DNA from: an uncultured Candidatus Saccharibacteria bacterium | Lineage (GTDB): Bacteria; Patescibacteriota; Minisyncoccia; UBA6257; 02-FULL-45-10c | DNA: 64,000 nt | Reading direction: 5' to 3' | Assembly: GCA_964355085.1 (NCBI GenBank) | Contig: CAYHBW010000002.1 | Location: 6-64,005, forward strand | Part shown: one piece after another, positions 29,287-38,758 of the stretch | Layout: each line of letters starts with the position of its first letter | Numbering within the stretch: position 1 is the stretch's first letter | Program-made: the position numbers and the translations under genes | The notes under the pieces: model-generated | Seen by the model: the letters and a program-made list of their open reading frames with translations, nothing else | What the model was told of the DNA's origin: nothing | Databases searched by the model: none

Positions 29287-30141
29287 ATGAATTACAAACT
29301 TATCGCCGCCTCGACGCTTCTGGTGCTTCAGGCGACAACCGCTTTCGGCGCTTTGGAGCCGTTGCCGGAATCTGGACTCACTCCGGACAGCCCGTTTTAT
29401 TTCGTGAAGGCCTGGAGAGAGCAGATCCAGAGCTTCCTGACTTTCGGAGCGGAGAATAAAGCCAAGCAGTTCCTGCATCTGGCCGAAGTCCGTTTGGCAG
29501 AATATAAGAAAATGGCGGAAGCAGGAAAAGATGAATTATCCCAGAGAACATTGGATAAATTCAACGCGCATCTTGAAAGAGCGCTTGAGAAAATTTCCGA
29601 AGTGAAAAAAGAGAAAAAAGAATCCAAGGATTTGGAAGATCGGATTGAAAGAGCAAGATTGAGCCATGTCGATGTCCTGAAGGCGAATCTCGCAAAAGTT
29701 CCGGAGCAGGCGCGTAAGGGATTAGAAAGAGCTATCGAGAATTCTCAAAGAGCTCTGGATGTCGATAAAGCTGAAAAAGAACTTGAAGATGAAAGCGCTG
29801 ATCCTGAAGGAGATGAAGTAACTTTCAAGCTCCTTGAAGGAAATGCATCCGGAATGTCCGGAGTCGCGATGCTTGAATCCGAAGGAACGAAAACAAAAGT
29901 CAAAGTCCGTCTTGTTGGCGCTCCGCGCGGAGTCGCTCAACCGGCGCATATCCATATCGGCGCTTGTCCGAATGTTGGTGCGGTGAGATATGCCCTGACG
30001 AATCTTATGGGTGGAAAGTCGGAGACTGTCCTGGATGTTTCCATAGAGACACTGAAAACAGAATTGCCGCTTGGTCTTAACGTCCATAAATCCGCCAACG
30101 AGGCAGGAGTTTATGTGGCTTGCGGAAATCTGGCTTTTTAA
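29287..30141 (+). CDS. Exported DUF5667-type helical protein with a C-terminal CHRD-like domain
   Basis: Signal peptide; GLTPDSPFYF.K; C-terminal PAHIH.G.C...NVH...ACG. Confidence 0.7.
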   Translation: MNYKLIAASTLLVLQATTAFGALEPLPESGLTPDSPFYFVKAWREQIQSFLTFGAENKAKQFLHLAEVRLAEYKKMAEAGKDELSQRTLDKFNAHLERALEKISEVKKEKKESKDLEDRIERARLSHVDVLKANLAKVPEQARKGLERAIENSQRALDVDKAEKELEDESADPEGDEVTFKLLEGNASGMSGVAMLESEGTKTKVKVRLVGAPRGVAQPAHIHIGACPNVGAVRYALTNLMGGKSETVLDVSIETLKTELPLGLNVHKSANEAGVYVACGNLAF

Positions 30142-30189
30142 GCTGGAGAGTTTTTTAGAAAAAAGCCCGTAAGGGCTTTTTTTTACTCT

Positions 30190-30216
30190 GTCATTCCCGA
30201 GAAATCGGGAATCCAG
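30190..30216. repeat. REP-like palindrome (GTCATYCC...GGATCCAG family)
   Basis: gtcattcccgagaaatcgggaatccag; related copies at 32554, 59921 and 59975. Confidence 0.7.
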
Positions 30217-30227
30217 TAAAATGAATT

Positions 30228-31301
30228 ATGCGCATTATTGCTCACTTAGACATGGACGCCTTCTTCGCTTCAGTGGAAGAGCGGGAGAAGCCGCGGCTTA
30301 AGGGATTGCCAATCGTTGTCGGGGCGGATCCCGTCGAGGGTAAGGGGAGGGGCGTGGTTTCTACCGCCAATTATAAGGCGAGAGAGTATGGGATAAGATC
30401 GGCTATGCCGATATCCCAGGCCTGGCAATTATCGGAAAACGCGAAAAAATCCGGAAAACCGCCGGCGGTTTTCATCGGCGGAAATTTCAATATTTACGGA
30501 AAGGTATCCGATGAAGTGATGGCGATTGTCCGCAAGCGCGTTCCGCATGTCGAGCAGGCAAGTGTCGATGAGGCATATCTGGATTTGAGTTTTACCGGCT
30601 CATATGAAGAAGCGGAAAAGCTTTGCCTGAAAATAAAAAATGAAATCAAAAAGAAAGAAAAAGTGACCTGCTCGATCGGACTTGGTCCGAACAAATTGAT
30701 TGCAAAGATTGCCGTTGATATGAAAAAACCGGACGGCTTGACCGTTGTCCGGGAATCCGAAGCGGAAAAATTTCTTGAGCCGCTGGCAATCCGCAAGATT
30801 CCCGGAGTCGGACCGAAGGCCGAAGAAATTTTCCGGAAATTGAATATCAAAACCATAAAAGACGCGAAAAAACTTTCGCAGGGCGATTTGTATGATCTGA
30901 TGGGCGAGTGGGGATTGGAGTTGTATGAAAAATTGCGCGGACGGGATAGCGGCGAAATTATTGAAGAGCATGAGGTGAAATCAATCGGCGGACAGGAAAC
31001 TTTTATGGAGGACACAAAAGATTTTTCTCAAATTAATGAGCGACTTGGAGCTCTTTGCGAAGACATTATTTCCCGTCTCAAAACCAGTGAATTCAAATCA
31101 TATAAGGCCGTCGCTATTACCGTCCGATTTGATGATTTTGAAACAAAAACCCGCTCCCATACCCTGGTTGAATCTGCGGCTGACGGAAAAATACTTTACT
31201 TTGAAGCGCTGAAGCTGCTTTCTCCGTTTCTGGATAAGCGGGAAAATTCTAAGAATAAACTCATCCGCCTCATCGGTGTCCGAATAGAAAAACTGCTATA
31301 A
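30228..31301 (+). CDS. dinB: DNA polymerase IV
   Basis: HLDMDAFFASVE, STANYKAR.YG, SVDEAYLD and KPDG. Confidence 0.96.
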   Translation: MRIIAHLDMDAFFASVEEREKPRLKGLPIVVGADPVEGKGRGVVSTANYKAREYGIRSAMPISQAWQLSENAKKSGKPPAVFIGGNFNIYGKVSDEVMAIVRKRVPHVEQASVDEAYLDLSFTGSYEEAEKLCLKIKNEIKKKEKVTCSIGLGPNKLIAKIAVDMKKPDGLTVVRESEAEKFLEPLAIRKIPGVGPKAEEIFRKLNIKTIKDAKKLSQGDLYDLMGEWGLELYEKLRGRDSGEIIEEHEVKSIGGQETFMEDTKDFSQINERLGALCEDIISRLKTSEFKSYKAVAITVRFDDFETKTRSHTLVESAADGKILYFEALKLLSPFLDKRENSKNKLIRLIGVRIEKLL

Positions 31302-31308
31302 TTCATAT

Positions 31309-31770
31309 ATGAAAATAAATTATCTGGTTATTCCGCTGATTACAATCTTCATTTCTGTTTTCGGAAACTGGCTAACTTCCGGAGGAATGGATTGGTATCG
31401 GACGATAAATCTTCCCGAGTGGACTCCGCCCGGCTCTTTCATCGGCGCAATGTGGACGGTAATTTATATCCTGACTGCGATTTCCGCCGTAATTGTCTGG
31501 AATACTTTTCCAAGAGATGGCAGATTTTCTGCGATTCTATGGTTGTTTCTCGCGAACGCTTTTTTGAATGTTCTTTGGAGCTATATTTTTTTCAATCAGC
31601 ATCTGATCGGTTGGGCGACTTTGGAAGCCGTACTGCTCGCATTGTCGGTATTCGGCCTTATTTTCCTGATCTGGCCGATTTCCAGAATTACGGCATCGCT
31701 TTTATTCCTGTATGCCGGTTGGGCAAGTTTTGCGACCTATGTTTCTTATTCAGTCTGGTTATTGAACTGA
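31309..31770 (+). CDS. tspO: TspO/MBR family tryptophan-rich sensory protein
   Basis: WY..I..PEWTPP...W, LN.LWS..FF, W..FA. Confidence 0.93.
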   Translation: MKINYLVIPLITIFISVFGNWLTSGGMDWYRTINLPEWTPPGSFIGAMWTVIYILTAISAVIVWNTFPRDGRFSAILWLFLANAFLNVLWSYIFFNQHLIGWATLEAVLLALSVFGLIFLIWPISRITASLLFLYAGWASFATYVSYSVWLLN

Positions 31771-32234
31771 TGATTATCCGAAATGCGAAAAAATCTGATC
31801 TGGATGGAATAATGAAACTTCTTGAAGAGATGGTTATTTATCATAAAAAGCTGGACGGATACTATAAATCGTTTTCGAAATATTCCGGTTTGCGGGAAGA
31901 GGCCGAGTCCTGGCTTTCCAATAAAGATATGAAGGTTCTGGTCGCGGAAGATATGGGCGGACTTGTCGGTTACGCGCAGGTTAGTGTTGAAGATGCTCCG
32001 ACCTATGCTTCTGTCAAAAAAATCGGAGCGGTTTACGACATGTTCATAAGCGAACCATACCGCCGCAAGGGGATTGCGGAGCAGATGTTTTCCGAAGTCA
32101 TGGATTGGTTCAGTTCTAAAAAAATCAGACACATTGAATTGAGCGTTGATTCCCGGAATATTGCCGGCGTAAAATATTGGGAATCACTCGGATTTTTTCC
32201 GTATAAGTTCCGGATGCGTAAAGATTTGCAGTAA
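31770..32234 (+). CDS. GNAT family N-acetyltransferase
   Basis: YRRKGIA acetyl-CoA motif and N..G..YWESLGF; start overlaps the tspO stop. Confidence 0.9.
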   Translation: MIIRNAKKSDLDGIMKLLEEMVIYHKKLDGYYKSFSKYSGLREEAESWLSNKDMKVLVAEDMGGLVGYAQVSVEDAPTYASVKKIGAVYDMFISEPYRRKGIAEQMFSEVMDWFSSKKIRHIELSVDSRNIAGVKYWESLGFFPYKFRMRKDLQ

Positions 32235-32255
32235 TTATTAATATTACAAACCGCG

Positions 32256-32293
32256 TTACTCTACAATATGACGACCGTCATATTGTAGAGTAA
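32256..32293. repeat. Perfect 18-bp inverted repeat
   Basis: ttactctacaatatgacg-ac-cgtcatattgtagagtaa. Confidence 0.85.
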
Positions 32294-32507
32294 TGATTTT
32301 TGGGTGAAATATCATATATTTTTGTAACAGATTTTCTGTGCTGCGTTATATTTAATCGAGAGAATCAAAAACTCATAACTTCTCCGGATATTTTCGCGCA
32401 AAATATTTCCGGAAAAGGGTCATAATATAAAGCAATCTCAATTCAGTCAGAAATGGCAAAGAAAAAGATCAAATCTAAGGCTAAGCGGAAATCCCGTTAG
32501 TAATTTG

Positions 32508-32539
32508 TAAAATCCCCCGACGGCCGTCGGGGGATTTTA
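32508..32539 (+). terminator. Strong hairpin terminator
   Basis: taaaatcccccgacg-gc-cgtcgggggatttta. Confidence 0.8.
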
Positions 32540-32553
32540 TTTGGTGTATTTGT

Positions 32554-32582
32554 GTCATCCCGGCCTACGAGCCGGGATCCAG
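32554..32582. repeat. REP-like palindrome
   Basis: gtcatcccggcctacgagccgggatccag. Confidence 0.7.
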
Positions 32583-32610
32583 GCAGGAATTATTATGTTA
32601 GAATAATTTT

Positions 32611-32985
32611 ATGAACGAAGATGAAATGAAATCCAAATTAGCCCCTGAACAGTATAAAGTGATGCGCGAAAAAGGCACAGAGGCGCCTTTTACCGGTAAG
32701 TATGTAAATGAACATAGTGCCGGAGTTTATAAGTGCGCCGCCTGTGGAAATGAGCTTTTCTCGTCTGATACGAAATTTGATTCCGGAACCGGATGGCCAA
32801 GCTTCACAGACCCGGTGAATCTGAAAAATATCGAACTAAAAGAGGATAATGATATGGGAATGCGTCGGACGGAAGTCGTTTGCAAGAATTGCGGATCGCA
32901 TCTCGGACATGTTTTCGACGACGGCCCAGTCGGCAAAAAGCGATATTGCATCAATTCAGTCTGTCTTGAATTGCAAAAATCTTGA
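32611..32985 (+). CDS. msrB: Peptide-methionine (R)-S-oxide reductase
   Basis: GTE.PF.G, KFDSGTGWPSF, HLGHVFDDGP and RYCINS. Confidence 0.98.
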   Translation: MNEDEMKSKLAPEQYKVMREKGTEAPFTGKYVNEHSAGVYKCAACGNELFSSDTKFDSGTGWPSFTDPVNLKNIELKEDNDMGMRRTEVVCKNCGSHLGHVFDDGPVGKKRYCINSVCLELQKS

Positions 32986-33027
32986 ATGATTGATTTTATA
33001 ATTTAAAATTTTAATTTTTTTAATCTT

Positions 33028-33285
33028 ATGTTATTGGAATTCTACGGAAAAGAATGCGAGCATTGCGTGAATATGGATCCGCTTGTCCGCAAATTGGAAA
33101 AAGAGGAAGGGATCAAGTTTGATCGTTTCGAGGTCTGGCATCATCCGGACAATGCGAAGAAAATGGAGACCTATGATAAGGGTCGCTGCGGGGGAGTGCC
33201 GTTTTATATAAATACTGATACCGACAAATTCATCTGCGGAGAAGATTCTTACGGGGCGCTGAAAGATCTTGCTCAAGGCAAGTAG
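33028..33285 (+). CDS. Thioredoxin/glutaredoxin-like protein
   Basis: CEHC motif and GVP cis-Pro. Confidence 0.85.
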   Translation: MLLEFYGKECEHCVNMDPLVRKLEKEEGIKFDRFEVWHHPDNAKKMETYDKGRCGGVPFYINTDTDKFICGEDSYGALKDLAQGK

Positions 33286-33343
33286 TCTGTCAATTTTTAC
33301 AGTGAAACTTAAATTTCCATAATAAATATGGTATACTTATGTT

Positions 33344-33997
33344 ATGCATAAAACTCAAGAACAATTATTAAAAGTGGCGCAGGAAAAGAATCTCGGGCAA
33401 TTTACGCTTCGGGAGATAGGATCTTTTATCGGAGAGCTGTCTCCGCAGAAGGTCAAGCATCATCTGCTTCAGCTCCAGTCAAAGGGTTTGATTAAAATCG
33501 ACAAAGCCAAAGGAATGATTGAAAAGACAAAGCATGAGTGGGAAATGATGTCCGGAAATGCAAAGCTGATCTCCATACCGATTCTCGGCGCAGGCAATGC
33601 CGGTCCGGCGACGATTTTTGCCGAGACCAATATTGAGGGATTTCTCAAGATTTCCAGTTCTTTGCTTGAGCCGTCAAAGGTCAAGGAGCACCGGCTATTC
33701 GCTTTAAAAGTTGTCGGCCCATCCATGAATCGGGCGAAAATCAAGGATAAATACATCGAGGATGGGGATTATGTGATTGTGGACGCGGATGATAAGAGCG
33801 TGAAAAACGGCGACGTAGTGCTTTCCATCATCGACGGCATGGCCAATATTAAGAAGTTTTTCATGGACCGTCAGAATCAGCAGGTGGTGCTTATGTCCGA
33901 ATCAACCAAGGATTTCCCGCCTATCTATATCCACGCAGCTGACAATTTCATGATCAACGGCAAAGTCGTCCAGGTGATCAAAAAACCGAAGTTTTAA
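33344..33997 (+). CDS. LexA-like repressor (winged helix plus S24 autopeptidase)
   Basis: N-terminal HTH, IPILG...AG cleavage site, GPSM (Ser) and IKK (Lys). Confidence 0.85.
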   Translation: MHKTQEQLLKVAQEKNLGQFTLREIGSFIGELSPQKVKHHLLQLQSKGLIKIDKAKGMIEKTKHEWEMMSGNAKLISIPILGAGNAGPATIFAETNIEGFLKISSSLLEPSKVKEHRLFALKVVGPSMNRAKIKDKYIEDGDYVIVDADDKSVKNGDVVLSIIDGMANIKKFFMDRQNQQVVLMSESTKDFPPIYIHAADNFMINGKVVQVIKKPKF

Positions 33998-34001
33998 TTA
34001 T

Positions 34002-34535
34002 ATGGATTTAACAAAAATAATCGGCGACTATCCGCTTTTCGTTTCCACGCTCTTAACCTGCCTTGATAAGGCCGGAATAAAATATGACGGATTTCAGATC
34101 GATCACCTGTGTTATCGGACTGAAACGCAGGAAGGGTATGAAATGATGAAAGACAATTTGAGAGCTGTCAGTTCCGGTTTTCTGGAAAATATTCATAATG
34201 GCCGGCAGATTTCAAAGTTTCTCCTGAAAGATCCGTTATCCGTCAGGGGATATAAGATACCATTGATAGAATTACCGGCTCCTAAAGCGGGGCGGTTTTA
34301 TGAATCAGGATTGGATCATTTCGAAATGGCTGTCGGGGAGGGATTTGCCGATTTTGCGGAGAAATACAGGAATCTGTGGACCGGAGCTGATGACGGCGGA
34401 GTGCGCAATCAGACTGTTTCCATCACTTTTGATAATTGGAAGACCGCCAAATTTCATAAGCTTCCGCTTGTGGAAATCTTGAAAATCGAAGGACATGAGT
34501 TTAAAGCCCCGACCAAAGTCGGGGAGCCGACTTAG
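34002..34535 (+). CDS. VOC family protein (YecM-like)
   Basis: DHLCYR, GR.I..F, IELPAPK, G.DHFE and KFH..PL. Confidence 0.85.
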   Translation: MDLTKIIGDYPLFVSTLLTCLDKAGIKYDGFQIDHLCYRTETQEGYEMMKDNLRAVSSGFLENIHNGRQISKFLLKDPLSVRGYKIPLIELPAPKAGRFYESGLDHFEMAVGEGFADFAEKYRNLWTGADDGGVRNQTVSITFDNWKTAKFHKLPLVEILKIEGHEFKAPTKVGEPT

Positions 34536-34562
34536 GTCGGCTTAAAATGTTAAAATACTGAA

Positions 34563-34943
34563 ATGACGGCAAAAGATATTTTCAGATGGATCGGTGTGAT
34601 TTCCCTGCTTTTTTTGTTGATTGGAACATTTATTTCAGCTTTGATAATAATATCGACGTTGTTTTCCGGAAATCTCGGAAAAGTTGTCGTGGGTATAATC
34701 TTTTTTGCGTACGTTCTGTTTTTCTCTTACTCAGCTTCGTTACTGGCTTTTTGGGCCTCATATTGGGATATTCCGAGATGGGTTAATTCTATGCTGATTA
34801 TATCGGTTTCGTGCGGATTTCTGGCATCTTTAGTCTTGATACCTTTGGCGATAAATGCCGATTCAGCCAAGATATTTTTATCAATTCCACCCATTTTATT
34901 TGCTGTTTCAATCTATCGCTTTTTTAAAAAAAGAAGAGTCTAA
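34563..34943 (+). CDS. Hypothetical four-TM membrane protein
   Basis: Hydrophobic ORF with a -10 box 6 nt upstream; its stop lies within the adjacent TIR. Confidence 0.65.
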   Translation: MTAKDIFRWIGVISLLFLLIGTFISALIIISTLFSGNLGKVVVGIIFFAYVLFFSYSASLLAFWASYWDIPRWVNSMLIISVSCGFLASLVLIPLAINADSAKIFLSIPPILFAVSIYRFFKKRRV

Positions 34944-35225
34944 TTCAATAATATTCCGCAAACGCGTTGTCAGCTAAAATGATTTAGATCAAGAAGCGAC
35001 GACGAAACTGTGGTGATAACTACTGTGAGGAGGAGCGACGCTGAGATAAATTATTTTAGCGAAAACCCTCCGGGATATAGCCAATTTTATCCATAACTGC
35101 GTTAGTCGTCCTCCAGAGGCGGACAAGTCGGAAAGGTAGTTAAAACTACGATTTCCTTCCTCCTGTCTGATTCTGTATGAAATTGGCAAGTATCGCGTTA
35201 TGGGATTATTATTGAATTAGACTCT
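34935..35225. mobile_element. MITE-like non-coding element with 32-bp terminal inverted repeats
   Basis: Left agagtctaattcaataatattccgcaaacgcg versus reverse complement of the right end: 28/32 identical, first 19 perfect; two internal hairpin modules. Confidence 0.7.
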
Positions 35226-35227
35226 AT

Positions 35228-35986
35228 ATGTCCAAATTTTACAATCCGAAAAAAAGCAGAGGAGTGTATAATCCCTTATCTGATGAGCCATTCAGATTGA
35301 GCCGGTCAAAAATAGATCTTTTTTTGAACTGTCCACGCTGTTTTTATCTGGATCGCCGCCTTGGCGTCGGTCAGCCGCCCAGTTTTCCGTTCAATCTGAA
35401 CAACGCCGTGGACACCTTGCTCAAAAAGGAATTTGACGCCCATCGAGCGAAAGGAACCGCGCATCCGCTCATGAAGGCGTATGGAATCAACGCTGTTCCG
35501 TTCGAGCACGCGAATATGGATGAGTGGCGGGACGCGCTCCGCGGGGGAGTCCAGTATGTGCATGAGCCGACGAATATCAATGTGACCGGCGGCGTGGACG
35601 ATATCTGGGTGACTCCGAAAAAAGAACTAATCGTTGTGGATTACAAGGCGACTTCCAAGAAAGAAGAGGTGAATCTCGATGCTCCGTGGCAGATCGGCTA
35701 TAAGCGTCAGGTTGAAATTTATCAGTGGCTTTTGCGTCATAACGGATTCAATGTTTCCGATACCGCTTATTTCGTTTATTGCAACGGCGATTCCGATAAG
35801 GAAGCTTTTGACGCAAAATTGGAATTCAATATAAAAATAATTCCGTATAAAGGAAGCGACCATTGGATAGATAATGTCCTGTTCAAGATAAAGGAAGTTC
35901 TCGCCGGCGATGTCATTCCGGCTTCCGGAATTGATTGCGATTATTGCAGTTATCGGAAGGCGGCGGCGGAGATAGAAGGGGTATGA
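35228..35986 (+). CDS. PD-(D/E)XK nuclease family protein (RecB/Cas4-like, Cys-containing)
   Basis: LSRSKI..F..CPRCF, GGVDD, VDYK, Q..IY and CDYC. Confidence 0.88.
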   Translation: MSKFYNPKKSRGVYNPLSDEPFRLSRSKIDLFLNCPRCFYLDRRLGVGQPPSFPFNLNNAVDTLLKKEFDAHRAKGTAHPLMKAYGINAVPFEHANMDEWRDALRGGVQYVHEPTNINVTGGVDDIWVTPKKELIVVDYKATSKKEEVNLDAPWQIGYKRQVEIYQWLLRHNGFNVSDTAYFVYCNGDSDKEAFDAKLEFNIKIIPYKGSDHWIDNVLFKIKEVLAGDVIPASGIDCDYCSYRKAAAEIEGV

Positions 35987-36044
35987 TTTTTTTCTATATT
36001 TTGCTAATCTTATATTAGTTGATTAAAAAGCAGGGGCGGGTGGT

Positions 36045-36485
36045 ATGAAGTTTTTGGAATTCCGGCGCGACTCTGAACCGAATGAACTTTTTGAAAGATT
36101 AGTCATTGAATTTATTCCTGATATTATCTCGGCGCTTAAGAATAATCAGAAATTTGAAGTGAATCCTGACGAACCGTTATCGCCGGATGATGCAATCGCA
36201 TTATTTGTTAAGATTACTAAAACGCTGGGCATTGTCAATAATTTTTGCAAAATAAAATATAAATGCGAAGCTTCAACTATTAAGATGGAAATGCGCATAC
36301 GCGACGGATCATTTGTTTGGTTCAGGTTTGTTCCGCTTAATGAGAATAATGAGCCGATTACTAAAGAAAAGGACAATATTTCCTTGGTTCTTCCTAATGA
36401 CGTTGAGCAGATATCTGCACTGAATAAAGAAGGATATAATATCATTGTTCTTTTTACTAACTTCTCTGCTCCTCCTCAAAATTAA
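36045..36485 (+). CDS. Hypothetical protein
   Basis: 146-aa AT-rich ORF, no motif recognised. Confidence 0.55.
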   Translation: MKFLEFRRDSEPNELFERLVIEFIPDIISALKNNQKFEVNPDEPLSPDDAIALFVKITKTLGIVNNFCKIKYKCEASTIKMEMRIRDGSFVWFRFVPLNENNEPITKEKDNISLVLPNDVEQISALNKEGYNIIVLFTNFSAPPQN

Positions 36486-36523
36486 ATTCGCCTAATCGGC
36501 GATTTTTTGTTACATTTAAGTTC

Positions 36524-36865
36524 ATGATTCCATTCAGTGATTTCGAGAAAGTCGAACTTCGCATAGCGAAGATTCTTTCGGTCGAGCGCATAGATGGTTC
36601 GGAAAAACTCCTGAAGCTGCAGCTTGATGCCGGCGATAAAAATGAGACAGGTGAGCCGATATCCAGACAGGTGATTGCCGGAATCGGCAAAGTTTATGCG
36701 CCGGAAAATATTACGGGACGGGAGATAGTGATTGTCGCCAATCTTGAGTCGCGCAAGCTCATGGGCTTTGAAAGCCAGGGGATGCTTCTGGCGGCGAGCG
36801 ATGAAAACGGGCCGGTTATTCTGATGCCGGAGCGGGAGGCGCCACCGGGATCGCCGATACATTAG
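36524..36865 (+). CDS. tRNA-binding OB-fold protein (MetRS C-terminal/Trbp111/CsaA-like)
   Basis: DF.KVELR, KLL.L..D.G and ANL..RKLMGFESQGMLLAA. Confidence 0.92.
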   Translation: MIPFSDFEKVELRIAKILSVERIDGSEKLLKLQLDAGDKNETGEPISRQVIAGIGKVYAPENITGREIVIVANLESRKLMGFESQGMLLAASDENGPVILMPEREAPPGSPIH

Positions 36866-36958
36866 AAATTAAAATTTTAAAAAATTTTATCCCGCCTATG
36901 GCGGGATTCTATTGTTTGTAATCAAACTAAAGATTTGAACAAACAATGAAAAAACGGC

Positions 36959-37678
36959 TTAAGAGCCGTTTTTGGTTTTCTGCTCGAACGCATTAAGGAT
37001 ATCGGATGCTATGCGGGTTATCATTTCCTTTTCGCTTAATTCGGTAGTGTCCATGAGTCTGATCTGCGGAAATTTTCCGGAAAGACAGAGGAACGCTTCG
37101 GAATAACGCCGGACCAGGGTTTCAATCGTCGACGGATTGGTCGTCTCTCCGAGCTTGGAGCTTAGGGCGATTTTCAATTCGCGTTCCATGGCGACTTTCG
37201 GATCGGAAACCATGAAGTACGCGACATCAATGCAATTTGCCCATAACGGGGAAAGGAAGAAGGACTGGATGGTATTCTTTTCCGTGTCTGTAAGTTTCCC
37301 TTTTTCATTCCAGTACATCATCCAGCAGTAAGCATCAAATATGCACCTGTCGAAAATCACTATGTCGTATTTGTGTCCGACGCTTTCATCGAGTAACAGT
37401 GAAAGCGCGTAAAGACCGGTACGGGTATTATAGACCGGCGTAGTTCTTTCGATGTGCCGTATGACTTCAGCCCCCTCCTGGGGTCGCAGCACGCGGAATC
37501 CTTGTCTGCGGAAGAACTTATCCAATTCGGTAATCGCGGTAGTTTTGCCGGCAGACGGAGATCCGGTGAATTCGATGAAAAAAGGTCTCGGAATTTCTTT
37601 CAGATTATAGCGGATGTCGCTTCTAAGATAGCGGAGAATTTTTTCCGCTTGCGCTTCGAATACCTTCTCCTGATTCAT
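36959..37678 (-). CDS. P-loop nucleotide kinase (thymidylate kinase-like)
   Basis: IEFTGSPSAGKTT and IFDR..FD. Confidence 0.75.
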   Translation of the reverse strand: MNQEKVFEAQAEKILRYLRSDIRYNLKEIPRPFFIEFTGSPSAGKTTAITELDKFFRRQGFRVLRPQEGAEVIRHIERTTPVYNTRTGLYALSLLLDESVGHKYDIVIFDRCIFDAYCWMMYWNEKGKLTDTEKNTIQSFFLSPLWANCIDVAYFMVSDPKVAMERELKIALSSKLGETTNPSTIETLVRRYSEAFLCLSGKFPQIRLMDTTELSEKEMITRIASDILNAFEQKTKNGS

Positions 37679-37727
37679 GTCTTCTCCTTGGGAAAGAGCT
37701 GATTTATTGCTATATTAAAGATACTCC

Positions 37728-38324
37728 ATGAGGAAAAAGACTTCAAATAAAATAGAGGATGATGAAAAATACCGGCCGATCATCGGTTTTGATATGGATG
37801 GGGTCATCATCGATCATACCGATTCAAAAATTATGCTGGCCGGAAAATTCGGAATCACGCTTTCGCCGGAGCAGACGCCGTCCGATATGATGCATGATAT
37901 CATCCCCCATGAAATAAACCAGCAAATCCAGGATTTTCTTTATGGCGACAGGAAATATGCGCTTCGCCCGCAGGTCATGCGCGGAGCCAGGACGGTTCTT
38001 AAAGAAATTATGAAAATGGAATTGCCGATTTTCCTGATATCCCGCCGGAAAAATCCGGAAATTGCAATCGAGCTCCTGAAGAAGCACGGATTATGGCCGG
38101 CATTTTTCAATGAAGAAAACGCTTTTTTTGTGGATAAGCCGGAAGATAAGAACATTCGCGCAGTCCGGCTCGGCATAACCCATTATCTGGATGATGAGCG
38201 GCGTATTCTTGAGAATCTTTCCGGCGTTCAAAACCGATATCTGTTCGACAGGCACAGGATATATCCGGAGGACGAATTTTATAAACTTGTTTTCTCCTGG
38301 CGGGAATTTCTGTCAAATCTATGA
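37728..38324 (+). CDS. HAD-superfamily hydrolase (5'-nucleotidase-like)
   Basis: FDMDGV motif I, SRR, K and YLDD. Confidence 0.8.
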   Translation: MRKKTSNKIEDDEKYRPIIGFDMDGVIIDHTDSKIMLAGKFGITLSPEQTPSDMMHDIIPHEINQQIQDFLYGDRKYALRPQVMRGARTVLKEIMKMELPIFLISRRKNPEIAIELLKKHGLWPAFFNEENAFFVDKPEDKNIRAVRLGITHYLDDERRILENLSGVQNRYLFDRHRIYPEDEFYKLVFSWREFLSNL

Positions 38325-38740
38325 AAAAATACATATTATCAATAGTTATATTGATATCAGCGGCCGGTATCTGGCAGATGCGGAATTTTTATTATAAATA
38401 TCCGGAGCCGGCTGGCATCCCGGATCTGATATCGGTCGCATCTCCTTTGCCGGAATTTTTGGTTTCAAGTCCGCTGAAGGTTTCCGGGCAGGCGCGCGGA
38501 TTCTGGTTTTTCGAAGCTTCATTCCCGGTCAGACTGCTGGACGGAAACGGCAAGGAAATCGCAGTCAAGCCGGCGCAGGCGCTGGATGCGTGGATGACGG
38601 AAGACTTTGTGCCATTTGAGGTTGAATTGGAATTTCCGGCCCCGGATACGGATAACGGGATTTTGATATTGAAGAAAGATAATCCATCCGGTCTGCCGGA
38701 GCATGACCGGGAGTTGCTGATTCCGGTGAGATTCAGATAG
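38321..38740 (+). CDS. Gmad2 immunoglobulin-like domain protein
   Basis: SPL.V.G.ARG.WFFEASFP, WMT.DFVPF and DNPSG. Confidence 0.85.
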   Translation: MKKYILSIVILISAAGIWQMRNFYYKYPEPAGIPDLISVASPLPEFLVSSPLKVSGQARGFWFFEASFPVRLLDGNGKEIAVKPAQALDAWMTEDFVPFEVELEFPAPDTDNGILILKKDNPSGLPEHDRELLIPVRFR

Positions 38741-38758
38741 GTGCTATCATGGCTTCAT

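Noticed and set aside
35228-35986. Cas4-like nuclease as evidence of a CRISPR-Cas locus
   Set aside because: No repeat-spacer array or other cas genes in the window; solo PD-(D/E)XK proteins are common
38129-38137. TGTGGATAA DnaA box
   Set aside because: Isolated and inside a coding region; likely chance
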